From Candidatus Woesearchaeota archaeon (GTDB lineage Archaea; Nanobdellota; Nanobdellia; Pacearchaeales; GW2011-AR1), in assembly GCA_964468255.1 (NCBI GenBank), contig CAYXTB010000001.1, positions 1-58,714 on the forward strand: a DNA stretch of 58,714 bases, read 5' to 3'. The first letter of the stretch is position 1. The number at the start of each line of letters is the position of its first letter. Positions 16,950 to 26,691 of this stretch are shown here, piece after piece. Made by a program: the position numbers and the translations under genes. The notes under the pieces were generated by a model. That model saw nothing but the letters and a program-made list of their open reading frames with translations. It was not told where the DNA came from and made no database searches.

Positions 16950-19415
16950 TTATTGCTTCTTCTTTTTCTTTAATTTTTTTAAAATACTTGCCTTATTTTT
17001 AATAATATACAACAAAGTTGCTATACACCCAATTATCAATAAAGAATAAATAATTAACTTATTTGTAGCAATTTTATTATTTGCAGAAATAGCACTCCCA
17101 GTTATTCCAGGACTTATCTCTTCTTTAAAATCATTATTTTCCTCTTCTGATGCTCTTACAGAAAGATTTTCCACATTATTCAATGAGCCATTGACAAATT
17201 CGTTATTTTCTGTCAAGTTATTTTTAGCTGTAATATTCTTAGTAATATTTACTACAATGCTTCCACTTCCTCCACCGCCTCCACCGCCTCCATCTCCGCC
17301 ACCAGAATTTTGCTGCTGTACAATCTGCTGGAATGGAAGAGAATTAATAGTTATATTTCTCCCTGTGCTTTGCGCGCTATTTCCAGCCTTATCAAGACAT
17401 GTAATGCTCCAGGTGTAATTTCCAAGAGCTAAAGCATAAGAAAAGCTCTGATTTTCTCCCTCCATTGAAATATTTGAATTTGTTGAAGCAACTGAGTCAT
17501 TAATTAACAAATCACAACGCTCAATACCGAAATTATCGCTCTTAATGTAAATAAATGAAATATTTGCAGATTTTGATGTTTCTTCATGATTTTCTTCTGG
17601 AAAGATAAGTTCAATTGCTGGAGCAGTTTTATCATAATTTAAAGTAAAATTATTTTCAGCAGTTCTTTTTGTTCCATTGCTGTTTTCAAACACGCAGTTC
17701 CATTCATAATTACTCTCATTTTCAAAATCATAAGAAAAGTTGCTTTTGTTTTCACCTACTTCAAAGCTCTTATTCTCATTATAAACTATTGACACATTAT
17801 TCCAGATGGAAAACACAACGCTAATAACTGGAGAGTCTGTTTCTGCTCTGCACGTAAATTCCTGCCTACTCTGATTGCTAAATAATTTATTTTCAGGACT
17901 CCCTAAATGAACATTAAAATTATCTATTTCAAAAGTGTGATTTTCCGACGCAGATGCCCTGTTCGAGAGAGCATCTTCAAACAAGCAATTCCACTCGTAA
18001 TTTCCATATTCTAACTTATCCAAGTTTACTTCAAAGCTATAATTCTCTCCCTCTATATTTCTGCTTTCATTATGCAACAAAGCAGAATCCTTCCACAAGA
18101 AAAATTCTGCTTTTGAGAGCTGCCAGTCATTAGCCATGCAAGAAAAGCTCAAATTCCTAGAAAAAAATCTCTCATTATCAGAAGGCTTTTCTAATACAAC
18201 TTCTGGCTTATCTGAATCCAAAGACAACAGAGCATTATCAATATCAATCCTTGAAAAATTAAGTCCTGTTGTGCTGTCTGAAATTGTTTTGCCTGTTTTT
18301 AATAATACATTTTCCAATTCAATAGGAGTTTTTCGCTCTTCTTTTCCAGAAAGATATTGATTTAAGAGCAAAATAGCCCCGGTGACATGAGGAGAAGCCA
18401 TGCTTGTGCCAGAATGACTCCTATAGCTACCATCAAGCCATGTTGAATTAATATTTACTCCTGGAGCAATTAGTTTTACTTTTGAATTTCTATTGCTTTG
18501 CCCCCAGAAATCGTCATTTTTGTCAGAAGCAGCAACTCTTATTACATTTTTTAAGCACGCTGGCCAAGGCAGCTCATTTATAGAGGCGCCATTTCCTGAT
18601 GAAACAACAACGCTGATATTTTTTTCAATTGCTTCATTAAATACAGCAGAAGGCAGAATATCGTCGCAAAACTCGCTATATAAGCTGTCTGTTCCCAAGC
18701 TTAAACTAATAACACTTACATTAAATTCTCCAGCTTCTGCTATGCACCATTCTACACCCTTAATAACATCTGATGCGCGGCCAAATCCCTGAGCGTCCAG
18801 AACCTTTGCTGATAGAATGTTAGATTCAGGAGCTACACCAGTTATCCTGCCATTAGAAGAAACAATTCCAGCAATATGCGTTCCATGCCCATTTTCGTCG
18901 TCAGGAATAGAATCATTATTCAAAAAATCATATCCTTCTTTGTAATTAGAAACTAAGTCAGGGTGCTGCGCATAAATTCCAGTGTCAATAATACATATGC
19001 TTTGCCCATTTCCTTTTAGTTGAGAGTTAAAAATCTTTTTATTCCAGGTTTTCTGGGCGCCAATAAGCTCTGTAGACTCTGAAAGCTCTGATTTAACAGG
19101 AAAATCATAATAAATTCTCTTTATTCCAGGATTTTTAGCCAGCTCATTGAGTTCAGCAGAATTTATTTCATAGCTTATTATCTCATTCTTTCCTGTTATT
19201 TTTTTTGCTCTTTCTCTGCCATCATTATCAGAAGCCTTATTTAAAAACTGCCCCTTTTCAAATTCCAAAATAACCCTGACTTTATCCTCGGTTTTCAGCT
19301 TTTCTTTTACTATTTTATCAACTTTCTCATTATCTATGTGCCCTGCACTGGCAATGCTAAAGAATATTCCAAAGAATACAATACACAAAAGCATTTTCAA
19401 GTATTTCTTTGTCAT
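16950..19415 (-). CDS. secreted, membrane-anchored subtilisin-like serine protease (S8) with Ig-like repeats
   Basis: 821 aa. It has an N-terminal signal peptide and the catalytic triad blocks IDTGI, HGTHIAG and GTSMASPHV. Three repeat modules follow (YEWNCLFED, YEWNCVFEN, YTWSITCLDKAGN), then a poly-Gly linker, a C-terminal TM helix and a Lys-rich tail. Confidence 0.9.
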   Translation of the reverse strand: MTKKYLKMLLCIVFFGIFFSIASAGHIDNEKVDKIVKEKLKTEDKVRVILEFEKGQFLNKASDNDGRERAKKITGKNEIISYEINSAELNELAKNPGIKRIYYDFPVKSELSESTELIGAQKTWNKKIFNSQLKGNGQSICIIDTGIYAQHPDLVSNYKEGYDFLNNDSIPDDENGHGTHIAGIVSSNGRITGVAPESNILSAKVLDAQGFGRASDVIKGVEWCIAEAGEFNVSVISLSLGTDSLYSEFCDDILPSAVFNEAIEKNISVVVSSGNGASINELPWPACLKNVIRVAASDKNDDFWGQSNRNSKVKLIAPGVNINSTWLDGSYRSHSGTSMASPHVTGAILLLNQYLSGKEERKTPIELENVLLKTGKTISDSTTGLNFSRIDIDNALLSLDSDKPEVVLEKPSDNERFFSRNLSFSCMANDWQLSKAEFFLWKDSALLHNESRNIEGENYSFEVNLDKLEYGNYEWNCLFEDALSNRASASENHTFEIDNFNVHLGSPENKLFSNQSRQEFTCRAETDSPVISVVFSIWNNVSIVYNENKSFEVGENKSNFSYDFENESNYEWNCVFENSNGTKRTAENNFTLNYDKTAPAIELIFPEENHEETSKSANISFIYIKSDNFGIERCDLLINDSVASTNSNISMEGENQSFSYALALGNYTWSITCLDKAGNSAQSTGRNITINSLPFQQIVQQQNSGGGDGGGGGGGGSGSIVVNITKNITAKNNLTENNEFVNGSLNNVENLSVRASEEENNDFKEEISPGITGSAISANNKIATNKLIIYSLLIIGCIATLLYIIKNKASILKKLKKKKKQ

Positions 19416-19454
19416 ATTAGGTATTCTAATAAAGACTAGGCAGATTATAAATTT

Positions 19455-20303
19455 TTATGCTCTATTTCTCTTTCTTATTAAAACAACACCAATAACAATT
19501 ACCAATATAATAATCAGCAATAACCAAGGAAATCCTGTGCTTTCAGCTCCGTTTTCGCCAATAGCTCTTCCTGTAATGCCACCCCATAATCGCGAAAAGA
19601 AAGATTCAGAATTTTCTTCTGCTGCGATACTGCCTGCCTCTGCTCCATTTCCAGAAGCAGAACATTCTCTCTGTTCTATAGGCTTTACCCTTTCTGTGCC
19701 GCACGCATTCAAGTCCTTGCATTGCCTGGTTTGCTTTTTATCAACGCAATCGCTCCAAAACGTGCATTCCCATAATTCAATGCATATTTGTCTAATAGGT
19801 GTTGCAGAACCTCCGCCTCCTCCGCCACCGCCACCTCCTCCTCCGCCCCCGCCATCGCCGCCAGCAACAGGAATTGGAGATGGTAACGGAGCACCACAAT
19901 CAGCGCTGCAAGTGTTTGAATTCTCATTTCCCAAACAATAATTATCTCCGCAACTTGTTTCTATCTCTAAATTAAGATTAGTATACCCATTATTCTGGAA
20001 AACAAGGTTTTGAACAGACTTATAGTTGACAGAAATATTCATTATTTTTCCAGCCCTGTTTCCGTCAGGGTCTTCCACATTAAAAACATCAGGTGAATAT
20101 CCAAATTTTCCATTTTTCGTGAAAGTCGTGTAAGTATCTCCTTGGACTTGTACGATTACTCCAGTTCCATCAGGAACAGGCGCGCTGTTAATCGTCACAC
20201 TGCCATAAAGCTGGTGCGGAGTTCCAGGAGCAGCAGATATAGTCCCTAGCAGAAAGATAACTAACGCAAAAGAAAATAAGCTTGATAATGCTGTTTTTTT
20301 CAT
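19455..20303 (-). CDS. secreted Cys-rich surface protein with poly-Gly linker and C-terminal TM anchor
   Basis: Trimmed to MKKTALSSLFSFALVIFLLGTISA (signal peptide). The upstream extension to 20435 overlaps the 3' end of the preceding gene. It contains CGDNYC...CSADCG, a run of 14 Gly, WECTFWSDC...QTRQC...CG, and the tail GFPWLLLIIILVIVIGVVLIRKRNRA. Confidence 0.7.
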   Translation of the reverse strand: MKKTALSSLFSFALVIFLLGTISAAPGTPHQLYGSVTINSAPVPDGTGVIVQVQGDTYTTFTKNGKFGYSPDVFNVEDPDGNRAGKIMNISVNYKSVQNLVFQNNGYTNLNLEIETSCGDNYCLGNENSNTCSADCGAPLPSPIPVAGGDGGGGGGGGGGGGGGGSATPIRQICIELWECTFWSDCVDKKQTRQCKDLNACGTERVKPIEQRECSASGNGAEAGSIAAEENSESFFSRLWGGITGRAIGENGAESTGFPWLLLIIILVIVIGVVLIRKRNRA

Positions 20304-20347
20304 AGTTATTCTCTTTGTGAGAGATTTATAAATATTTAGTTGCTGGA

Positions 20348-23300
20348 CTAAAATCCAAAAAACCCGCACGTGTTTGAAGGCCCGTATAGATAATCTTCTT
20401 CTGGATTTGCTGCGCTCGTTTTGAGGAATATCCAATATCCTGCTCCAGGAGCCATGTTATCAAATCTTTCTACAGATATCCATTGGTTAGGATTTCTAAG
20501 CTCGCAATAAGTTTGCAGATTACTCCAGCGAGGACTGTTGCCAAAGCCTACAGGCTCTACAAGAGAATCAAGAGCGCAAATTGCTCTCTTTCCATCTGCT
20601 CCATCATCGCAGTCATAATTAGCTAATCTCTCTTCTTCTTCATCTTCATTGCCATAATACCCAATCAAGTTCCAGCCAGGCTCAAGTTCTCTTGCAGGAG
20701 GTGTTACTGCTCCAGGGCTGAATAAGCTTCCTCCGATTACAAGCTCGTCATAATCTCTCGATAATATCCAATATCCATGTCCAGGATGTACTTCAAATAA
20801 ATTGCTTGTATCTTCGTGTCCTGGCCTGTAAACAAACCATTTTCCAGCTGTCCCGTTGTGGGCCTCATAAGCCCAGACAACGTCAATGTTATCTGCAATG
20901 CTCTCAAATACTTTTGTAATGTTATTATCAGTCAAGACAAATGGAACTGAAATCAAATTCCACTTCTTGTTTATTTTTATCTTAAACTGCCTACCCTCAA
21001 CTTTGAATTTCTCTTCATCAACAGGACCAATATTTCCAAGAGCATCCTCGCAATAGAACTTTAAGTTATGCTCTGATTCTTCGTTGAAGTAAATTGTAAA
21101 TGGCGCTTCTGCTCCTGAAACAAAGCAATACCCATTTTCCTGCATTTCTCCCCCAACTTCTTCACAATATTCTTCCGTAATATCATCGCCGTCAAAATCA
21201 ACTTGGAAGTAAACTTTTTCTTTTCCAACAGGATGTGGGCCTGTTTCTTTGCAGTCAAGAGTTATTGGCGTATCAAGAGTAACTTTCCAGCATTCTATCT
21301 CGCCATTTTCTCTAGACCAGCAGCGCTCTGTCTCCTCAGGATAAAATACACTAAGAGGATCTCCATTTTCCCCAGGAGTCCAGAGGCTCTTTGGTTCTCC
21401 AACTGTTTTATTCGGCTCTGGTGCTGACAAATCAACATAAGCGCACTGCTTCTTGATTTGCTCTGTTTTATTAACATTATCAACGCTGTAATATTCAATC
21501 AAATGGCAGGATTCTTGATTCTTGTACTTCGGAATTCCTATCCATGGCTCCCATTCTCCTCTTCCTTCAGCTCGCTGGCATAGCTCTTGATTTCTGCAGT
21601 ATTGCTCTTCAACTAAAGTATTTCTATACCACGTCACATTTACTCCAGACGGATGCGGTTGAGGGTCATAAGCAGAAAACCATATCTGCGTATTATTGCT
21701 AATCCATTCTTCTCTAGTTTCCTCATTTATAATTATTGGCTCTCCGTATCTCTTCGTTGTTAGAGGAGGAGTTTTATCAACGATAAATTGCTCTTCGTCA
21801 TGCACTCTATTTCCAAGCGCATCTCTGCATTCTATAATTAATCTATGTCTTGATTCTTCAGGGAAATGAACAATGAAATTGCTTCCAAGTCCCTGCCCGC
21901 CAAATATCGGATCTCCGCCATCAACAGTATAAGCCCATCTGCAGCTAACATCATTAACAGGATGCGGCTCTGGATCAGTAACTTCAACGCTTATATTAGT
22001 AACACCATCAATATAACAACTATCTTCTTCATTTTCAGGAGGGCAATCTCCATACCAAGGACCAACTATTGTTTTCTTAATCTTTGGAGATTGAGATTCA
22101 ACAACAAATATTTCTTTGTCAACTTCTCCCTCATTTCCTAAAGCATCAACGCAATAAGCTTCTAAGACATGCCGAGAATCTTCCTTCTTTGTTACAACAG
22201 CAGAACCTTCTTCTTCTATATATGGAGGAATCTCTGTCGCATTTTCTAAATAATCTCTGTAGAATAATGTTGCGTGTTCAACAGGATGCTGTCCTCCATC
22301 AACACATCTCAAAGATATTTCAGTATTTTGCGTGATATAATAATCACAATTTTCTCCCTCTCTGCATTTTACTGCCGGCTCTCCAACTTCTTTTACAACG
22401 TCAGGTCCGGTATTATCAACAAACACGCATTGTCTATTAATATATTCTATATTATTTAATTTATCAACAGCATAAAACTCAATGAGATGGCAAGATTCTT
22501 CATTCTTGAATATTATGCCGTTATCTCCATCAATTTCATTCCAATCTCCTTCTCCTTCAAATTGTCTGCACGCGGCGATGCATTCCTCATCATCAACTTC
22601 TCTCAACAAAGTATTTCTCCATGTAATATTTTGTACGCCGACTTTGTTGTCAGTAGAATTAAATATTACAGGAGTGCTTGTGTTTATCCAGTGATAAAGG
22701 CCATTATCTATGAAAGGCTCTCCGTAAGTCTTTTCTGTCATAGGAGGCGTTGAATCAACCAAGAACGTCTCAATATCTTCTACTCTATTGCCCAAAGCAT
22801 CATTGCATGTTATTTCCAAGTCGTGCGTTGAATCTTCTCTAAATATAATTCTCTGTTCTTCACTGAATAAGCCAGATTCAACTAAGCACCTTCCATTATC
22901 ATCTATTTCTTCACATTCCGCAGTATTATTATGCCACCACACATTATAATTGCACTCTACTCTATCAACAGCGTGAATAGGCTCTTGGTCTTCAACAAAA
23001 ATATCAACTCCACTCTGCTCATTATCAGCGACATAACAGCTATCATTGCTGTCAGGCTTAGGAGGGCATTGTCCAAGCCAATTACCAAACATTCTCTTAG
23101 TTATATTTGGAGCAGCACTATCAACTTTATAATATTGAGTATGAACTGGAGTTTTCTTTTCTACTGCGTCTTCGCAGTAATATTCTAAGTTATGCATTGA
23201 ATCTTCTTCAAAGAAGAAATCAAAATCAATTGATGGACCAACTTCTTGCGGTATGCCTTGTCTGCAGCAATACCCTTCTTCATTTAAGTTTTCTGCGCCA

Positions 23301-24946
23301 TTGCAATACTGCTCTGTAATATATCTCCATTGAGGATAGTCATAAGATACTTTAAAGCATAATTTAACATCTCCAGACGGATGTGGCTGCTGGTCTTCGC
23401 ATGTAAATTTAATTGACATATTTTGCGTTATCCAGTGGAATTCACCTTCAGGATTTTGTTGAGTAAAGAAATTGTCTCTATCAAAATCAAGAATAGCATT
23501 TCCATTATCTTTTTCTAATAATGGAGGAGTTTTATCAACAAAGAAGCAGTTTGTGTTCATGCCTTCAACGTTTCCAAGATCATCAACTGCAAAGAACTGC
23601 AAAATATGGCATGATTCCTCGTCTTTTTGTATAGGTGTTCCATTATAAAGGTGCCATCTTGTATCAAATCCTTTATATTCACATTGCTCATGTATACTCT
23701 CTTCAACGCATTCTTCCCAGGTATCAAAAGTATTGCAAGCCCAATCAACACCTACTTCATGTGGAAAGCTGCAATTATTAGTGCAATATTCTTGCATATC
23801 ATTAATACATTGGGCTGTTTGAGGATAGTCATAAGGAGAACGTAATGGTGGATAGCATCTTTGTTGAGGGGACGAGCAAACATCCTCTGCTGGAGAAAGA
23901 ATATTCGCATACCATATTTTATCAACGCCAATATTACAATGATTTTCTGTAGGATCAGGGTCACTGCTTGTTAAAGTTACTGTTGTAACCCCATCAATCC
24001 ATTCGACACCATTCTCAATTTTCTTAGGTCCATTAAAGCTCTTGTTTGTTTCAGGAGGCGTTCCGTCAACTTTGTCTAATTCAACAATAGTATTAGACGG
24101 ATTGCCTGCTTTGTCGTAGCATACAGCTATAATTTTATGTTGAGAGTCTTCATTAAATTGCAAAGGCCAGTGTGTTTCATTCGCATCTGTATCATTCCTA
24201 TCACTATAAATGGAATCACTGCCGTCAATTAAGACTTCCCATTTGCAATAGTCTATGCCAGTATTGCATTTATCAGTCGTTTCGTTATCAAAAGCCCAGA
24301 ACTCTATAATAGAATTATTAGTTATCCAATAATCACATTCCTCTCCTTCTCCACACGTAATATTTGGCTCTCCAACCATTTTTTCTAATTCTGGTTCTGA
24401 GCAGTCAACTCTTAAATCACGATAAGTATTTACTTCAGTTCCATTGCCACTCCCAGTGACAATTGCCTCATTATCAAGAGTAGTTATTCTAAAAGTGCTT
24501 TTACAATCTGATTGGTTAACGCTTGCCTCGAATGTAAAGTTGAGGCTCTCTCCAACATCTATAGTATTGCTTGCTTGAGGGTCTGTTACATATTCGCAAT
24601 ACAAACCAAATTGAAAACCTAAAGAGTTCCAGCCAGAAGGTGCTAACCCACAAGTTAGACTATTAATATTAGGAGGGGCTTTGTAAATTTTAACATTATA
24701 TATGCCATATCCTCCGGTATTATTGATATTAACAGTAAATTGAGTTTGTAAATCTTGATTGCAATTTGCAATATTTGGGCTGAGAGTTATTTCTGGAGTA
24801 TGCGCAAAAGTTCCTATGCCATCAGAAAAAACATTGGCAGAAAAAACAGCTATGGCAAATACTGCTGTCAACATTAAAGTGAGGAGGTTAAAGCTTCCTG
24901 CGCCGAGCTTCACTTTCTTTTTTATAAAGATTGATGCAGGCACCAT
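20348..24946 (-). CDS. giant Cys-rich extracellular repeat protein (putative adhesin, HYR/Ig-like D-x-x-G-N modules)
   Basis: 1532 aa with an N-terminal signal/TM segment (LLTLMLTAVFAIAVFSANVFS). Nine modules each end in an ES-x-H...D-x-(L/A)-G-N-type block, for example ESCHLIEFYAVDKLNN and DSRHVLEAYCVDALGN. The distinct C-terminal domain of about 250 aa starts at KKWNLISVPF. Confidence 0.85.
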   Translation of the reverse strand: MVPASIFIKKKVKLGAGSFNLLTLMLTAVFAIAVFSANVFSDGIGTFAHTPEITLSPNIANCNQDLQTQFTVNINNTGGYGIYNVKIYKAPPNINSLTCGLAPSGWNSLGFQFGLYCEYVTDPQASNTIDVGESLNFTFEASVNQSDCKSTFRITTLDNEAIVTGSGNGTEVNTYRDLRVDCSEPELEKMVGEPNITCGEGEECDYWITNNSIIEFWAFDNETTDKCNTGIDYCKWEVLIDGSDSIYSDRNDTDANETHWPLQFNEDSQHKIIAVCYDKAGNPSNTIVELDKVDGTPPETNKSFNGPKKIENGVEWIDGVTTVTLTSSDPDPTENHCNIGVDKIWYANILSPAEDVCSSPQQRCYPPLRSPYDYPQTAQCINDMQEYCTNNCSFPHEVGVDWACNTFDTWEECVEESIHEQCEYKGFDTRWHLYNGTPIQKDEESCHILQFFAVDDLGNVEGMNTNCFFVDKTPPLLEKDNGNAILDFDRDNFFTQQNPEGEFHWITQNMSIKFTCEDQQPHPSGDVKLCFKVSYDYPQWRYITEQYCNGAENLNEEGYCCRQGIPQEVGPSIDFDFFFEEDSMHNLEYYCEDAVEKKTPVHTQYYKVDSAAPNITKRMFGNWLGQCPPKPDSNDSCYVADNEQSGVDIFVEDQEPIHAVDRVECNYNVWWHNNTAECEEIDDNGRCLVESGLFSEEQRIIFREDSTHDLEITCNDALGNRVEDIETFLVDSTPPMTEKTYGEPFIDNGLYHWINTSTPVIFNSTDNKVGVQNITWRNTLLREVDDEECIAACRQFEGEGDWNEIDGDNGIIFKNEESCHLIEFYAVDKLNNIEYINRQCVFVDNTGPDVVKEVGEPAVKCREGENCDYYITQNTEISLRCVDGGQHPVEHATLFYRDYLENATEIPPYIEEEGSAVVTKKEDSRHVLEAYCVDALGNEGEVDKEIFVVESQSPKIKKTIVGPWYGDCPPENEEDSCYIDGVTNISVEVTDPEPHPVNDVSCRWAYTVDGGDPIFGGQGLGSNFIVHFPEESRHRLIIECRDALGNRVHDEEQFIVDKTPPLTTKRYGEPIIINEETREEWISNNTQIWFSAYDPQPHPSGVNVTWYRNTLVEEQYCRNQELCQRAEGRGEWEPWIGIPKYKNQESCHLIEYYSVDNVNKTEQIKKQCAYVDLSAPEPNKTVGEPKSLWTPGENGDPLSVFYPEETERCWSRENGEIECWKVTLDTPITLDCKETGPHPVGKEKVYFQVDFDGDDITEEYCEEVGGEMQENGYCFVSGAEAPFTIYFNEESEHNLKFYCEDALGNIGPVDEEKFKVEGRQFKIKINKKWNLISVPFVLTDNNITKVFESIADNIDVVWAYEAHNGTAGKWFVYRPGHEDTSNLFEVHPGHGYWILSRDYDELVIGGSLFSPGAVTPPARELEPGWNLIGYYGNEDEEEERLANYDCDDGADGKRAICALDSLVEPVGFGNSPRWSNLQTYCELRNPNQWISVERFDNMAPGAGYWIFLKTSAANPEEDYLYGPSNTCGFFGF

Positions 24947-24968
24947 TGACCCTTACAACATCAGACAC

Positions 24969-24977
24969 TTTATATAT
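24969..24977 (-). promoter_or_regulatory. candidate TATA box for the giant surface-protein gene
   Basis: TTTATATAT lies 23-31 nt upstream of the ATG at 24946, a spacing compatible with an archaeal TATA box and a leaderless or short-leader mRNA. This rests on sequence pattern only. Confidence 0.3.
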
Positions 24978-25062
24978 CTTTTTATTTTTTAAAGTGAAAA
25001 ATGTTCTTACTTCAATCCAATAAAAATTTTGTAAAATAAAATAATTAATATCTCATTAACTT

Positions 25063-25284
25063 TCATTTTCTATCAATACCCATTACAATCAGCACAATTG
25101 CTATCAGTAAATACAATAATAGTATAAAAGGATTGTGAAAGATTACTATTCCTAAAAGGCTGTCCTCAACAATATAATTAGCTCCGCTTTCTGTATTAAT
25201 TTTAACAAAATAGCTTAGAGCTAAAAATACTGAAATTGCCAGGCCAAAATAAAGCCAAATTTTCTTTTTTATTTTATCTTTCAT
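25063..25284 (-). CDS. small membrane protein (two predicted TM helices)
   Basis: 73-aa ORF with two hydrophobic stretches. No family recognised. Confidence 0.4.
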   Translation of the reverse strand: MKDKIKKKIWLYFGLAISVFLALSYFVKINTESGANYIVEDSLLGIVIFHNPFILLLYLLIAIVLIVMGIDRK

Positions 25285-25363
25285 AAGGCATCCTAATAAA
25301 GATTTGTATACGTAAATCTTTAAATACTCTTACCTGCTCAAAATCATATAAAAAGAGGAAAAT

Positions 25364-25555
25364 ATGGCGAAGAATTGTATTTACTGCAAGAATAATATCG
25401 ATGAAAATTCAGTAATTGATTTCTGCCAGCGCTGCGGAATTGGAGTCTGGGGAGAAAAGATGCTTGCAGCTATTGTGCAGAGCATGGAAAAAGCCAGGGA
25501 TTCAGGAGATTTACACCAAGGCTCTGTTACGAACACTGTAATCACACAGAGATAA
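25364..25555 (+). CDS. small zinc-ribbon protein
   Basis: 63 aa with a CIYC...CQRC pair of CxxC knuckles. Confidence 0.55.
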   Translation: MAKNCIYCKNNIDENSVIDFCQRCGIGVWGEKMLAAIVQSMEKARDSGDLHQGSVTNTVITQR

Positions 25556-25589
25556 AAAGCTTTTTAAACCGCTTCTTTTACCTAAGTAT

Positions 25590-25847
25590 ATGCCAAAGCA
25601 TAAGAACCCAAGGCAAAAAGGAAAAATACCATTCAGCAAGTATTTTCAAGAATTCAAGACAGGAGATTCTGTAGCAGTGTCTATAGAACTTAGCATTCCG
25701 TTCCCTTACTTGAAAAGGATCCAGGGAAGAACCGGAAAGGTAATTGAAAAAAAAGGCTCTTCATATTATGTTGAGATTCCTGATTTAGGCAAATCAAAGC
25801 GATACTTAATAAAGCCAATTCACCTGAAAAAAATCTTAGCAAAATAA
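25590..25847 (+). CDS. rpl21e: 50S ribosomal protein L21e
   Basis: 85 aa with the N-terminus MPKHKNPRQKGK...F..GD.V typical of eL21. It is followed by rpoF and DUF655, as in the conserved archaeal cluster. Confidence 0.88.
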   Translation: MPKHKNPRQKGKIPFSKYFQEFKTGDSVAVSIELSIPFPYLKRIQGRTGKVIEKKGSSYYVEIPDLGKSKRYLIKPIHLKKILAK

Positions 25848-25848
25848 A

Positions 25849-26148
25849 ATGATACTAAATAGAAAACCTCTCACTCTTGCAGCCGCAAAATCCATGATTA
25901 AAAACTTGGATGAAAAAAAAGAATTGAATGCTTACATGAAGAAGTTCTCTTCTTTAACAAGTGAAAAAGCTGGAAAGCTTTTTGACGAAATAAAAACATT
26001 GAATAATCATAAGCTTAAGGAAGAAGGTATAGTAAAAATTGTGGATTTCCTGCCAAAAGATTCAGAGGATTTAAATAAGTTTCTTCCAGAAACAGGATTT
26101 TCAGAAGAGGAATCAAATGTTATTCTTGAAATTACAAAGAAATATTGA
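25849..26148 (+). CDS. rpoF: RNA polymerase subunit F (Rpb4 homologue), probable
   Basis: 99 aa, helical and acidic. It sits at the conserved position between rpl21e and the DUF655 gene. Confidence 0.6.
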   Translation: MILNRKPLTLAAAKSMIKNLDEKKELNAYMKKFSSLTSEKAGKLFDEIKTLNNHKLKEEGIVKIVDFLPKDSEDLNKFLPETGFSEEESNVILEITKKY

Positions 26149-26690
26149 AAATGACAGAGAAAGAAGATTATGCAATAGTATTAGATTATCTCCCATACGG
26201 CTATCCGATTGGCGGGAAAATGACTTCGATAGCCCAAGCTATAGGCGAGAAAACTCTTATCATTCTTGAATTAATCCCTAGAAGAGGAGTTTCCTTGGAA
26301 GTAAAAGAAAAGGTTTATATAGGCCCTGAAAAGAGAGATAAGATATATTACATTGCAGGCCGGCTTTCGAAAGAAAAGCTGACAGAGACTGCGAAGATCC
26401 AACTGCAGGAATTCATTGGGAAAGTAGTTGCGGAGCAGGAAAAGAAGTTTGTGGATTTCTTTAACAACGCTCAAGCGATAAATACAAGGCTACATCAAAT
26501 AGAACTTCTGCCAGGATTTGGAAAAAAACACACAAAGGAAATTTTGGAAGCAAGAGAGAAAAAATCTTTTGAGTCCTTTGAGAACATAAAAAGCAGAGTA
26601 AAGAATTTACCTGACCCGAAAAAAGCCGTTGAAAAAAGGCTGATTGAAGAGCTTTTAGAAAAACAAAGGTTCCATCTCTTTGCAAGATAA
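26145..26690 (+). CDS. DUF655 / COG1491-type nucleic-acid-binding protein (OB fold plus HhH)
   Basis: 181 aa. It has the VLDYLPYG N-terminal block and a C-terminal helix-hairpin-helix-like LLPGFGKKHTKEIL. Its start overlaps the rpoF stop (ATGA). Confidence 0.7.
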   Translation: MKMTEKEDYAIVLDYLPYGYPIGGKMTSIAQAIGEKTLIILELIPRRGVSLEVKEKVYIGPEKRDKIYYIAGRLSKEKLTETAKIQLQEFIGKVVAEQEKKFVDFFNNAQAINTRLHQIELLPGFGKKHTKEILEAREKKSFESFENIKSRVKNLPDPKKAVEKRLIEELLEKQRFHLFAR

Positions 26691-26691
26691 A

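Noticed and set aside
19336-19941. 201-aa plus-strand ORF with a poly-Pro run (plus 17191-17418, which also has poly-Pro)
   Set aside because: These are mirror images of the poly-Gly-coding tracts of the minus-strand surface genes. They overlap well-supported CDSs and have no independent support.
20304-20435. N-terminal extension of the 326-aa ORF (MDIPQNERSK...)
   Set aside because: The extension overlaps the 3' end of the giant gene. The internal Met at 20303 starts a textbook signal peptide, so the CDS was trimmed.
21061-23964. Many ORFs of 60-91 aa on both strands inside the giant surface gene
   Set aside because: All are nested in or antisense to the 1532-aa ORF, whose repeat structure and Cys pattern support the long frame.
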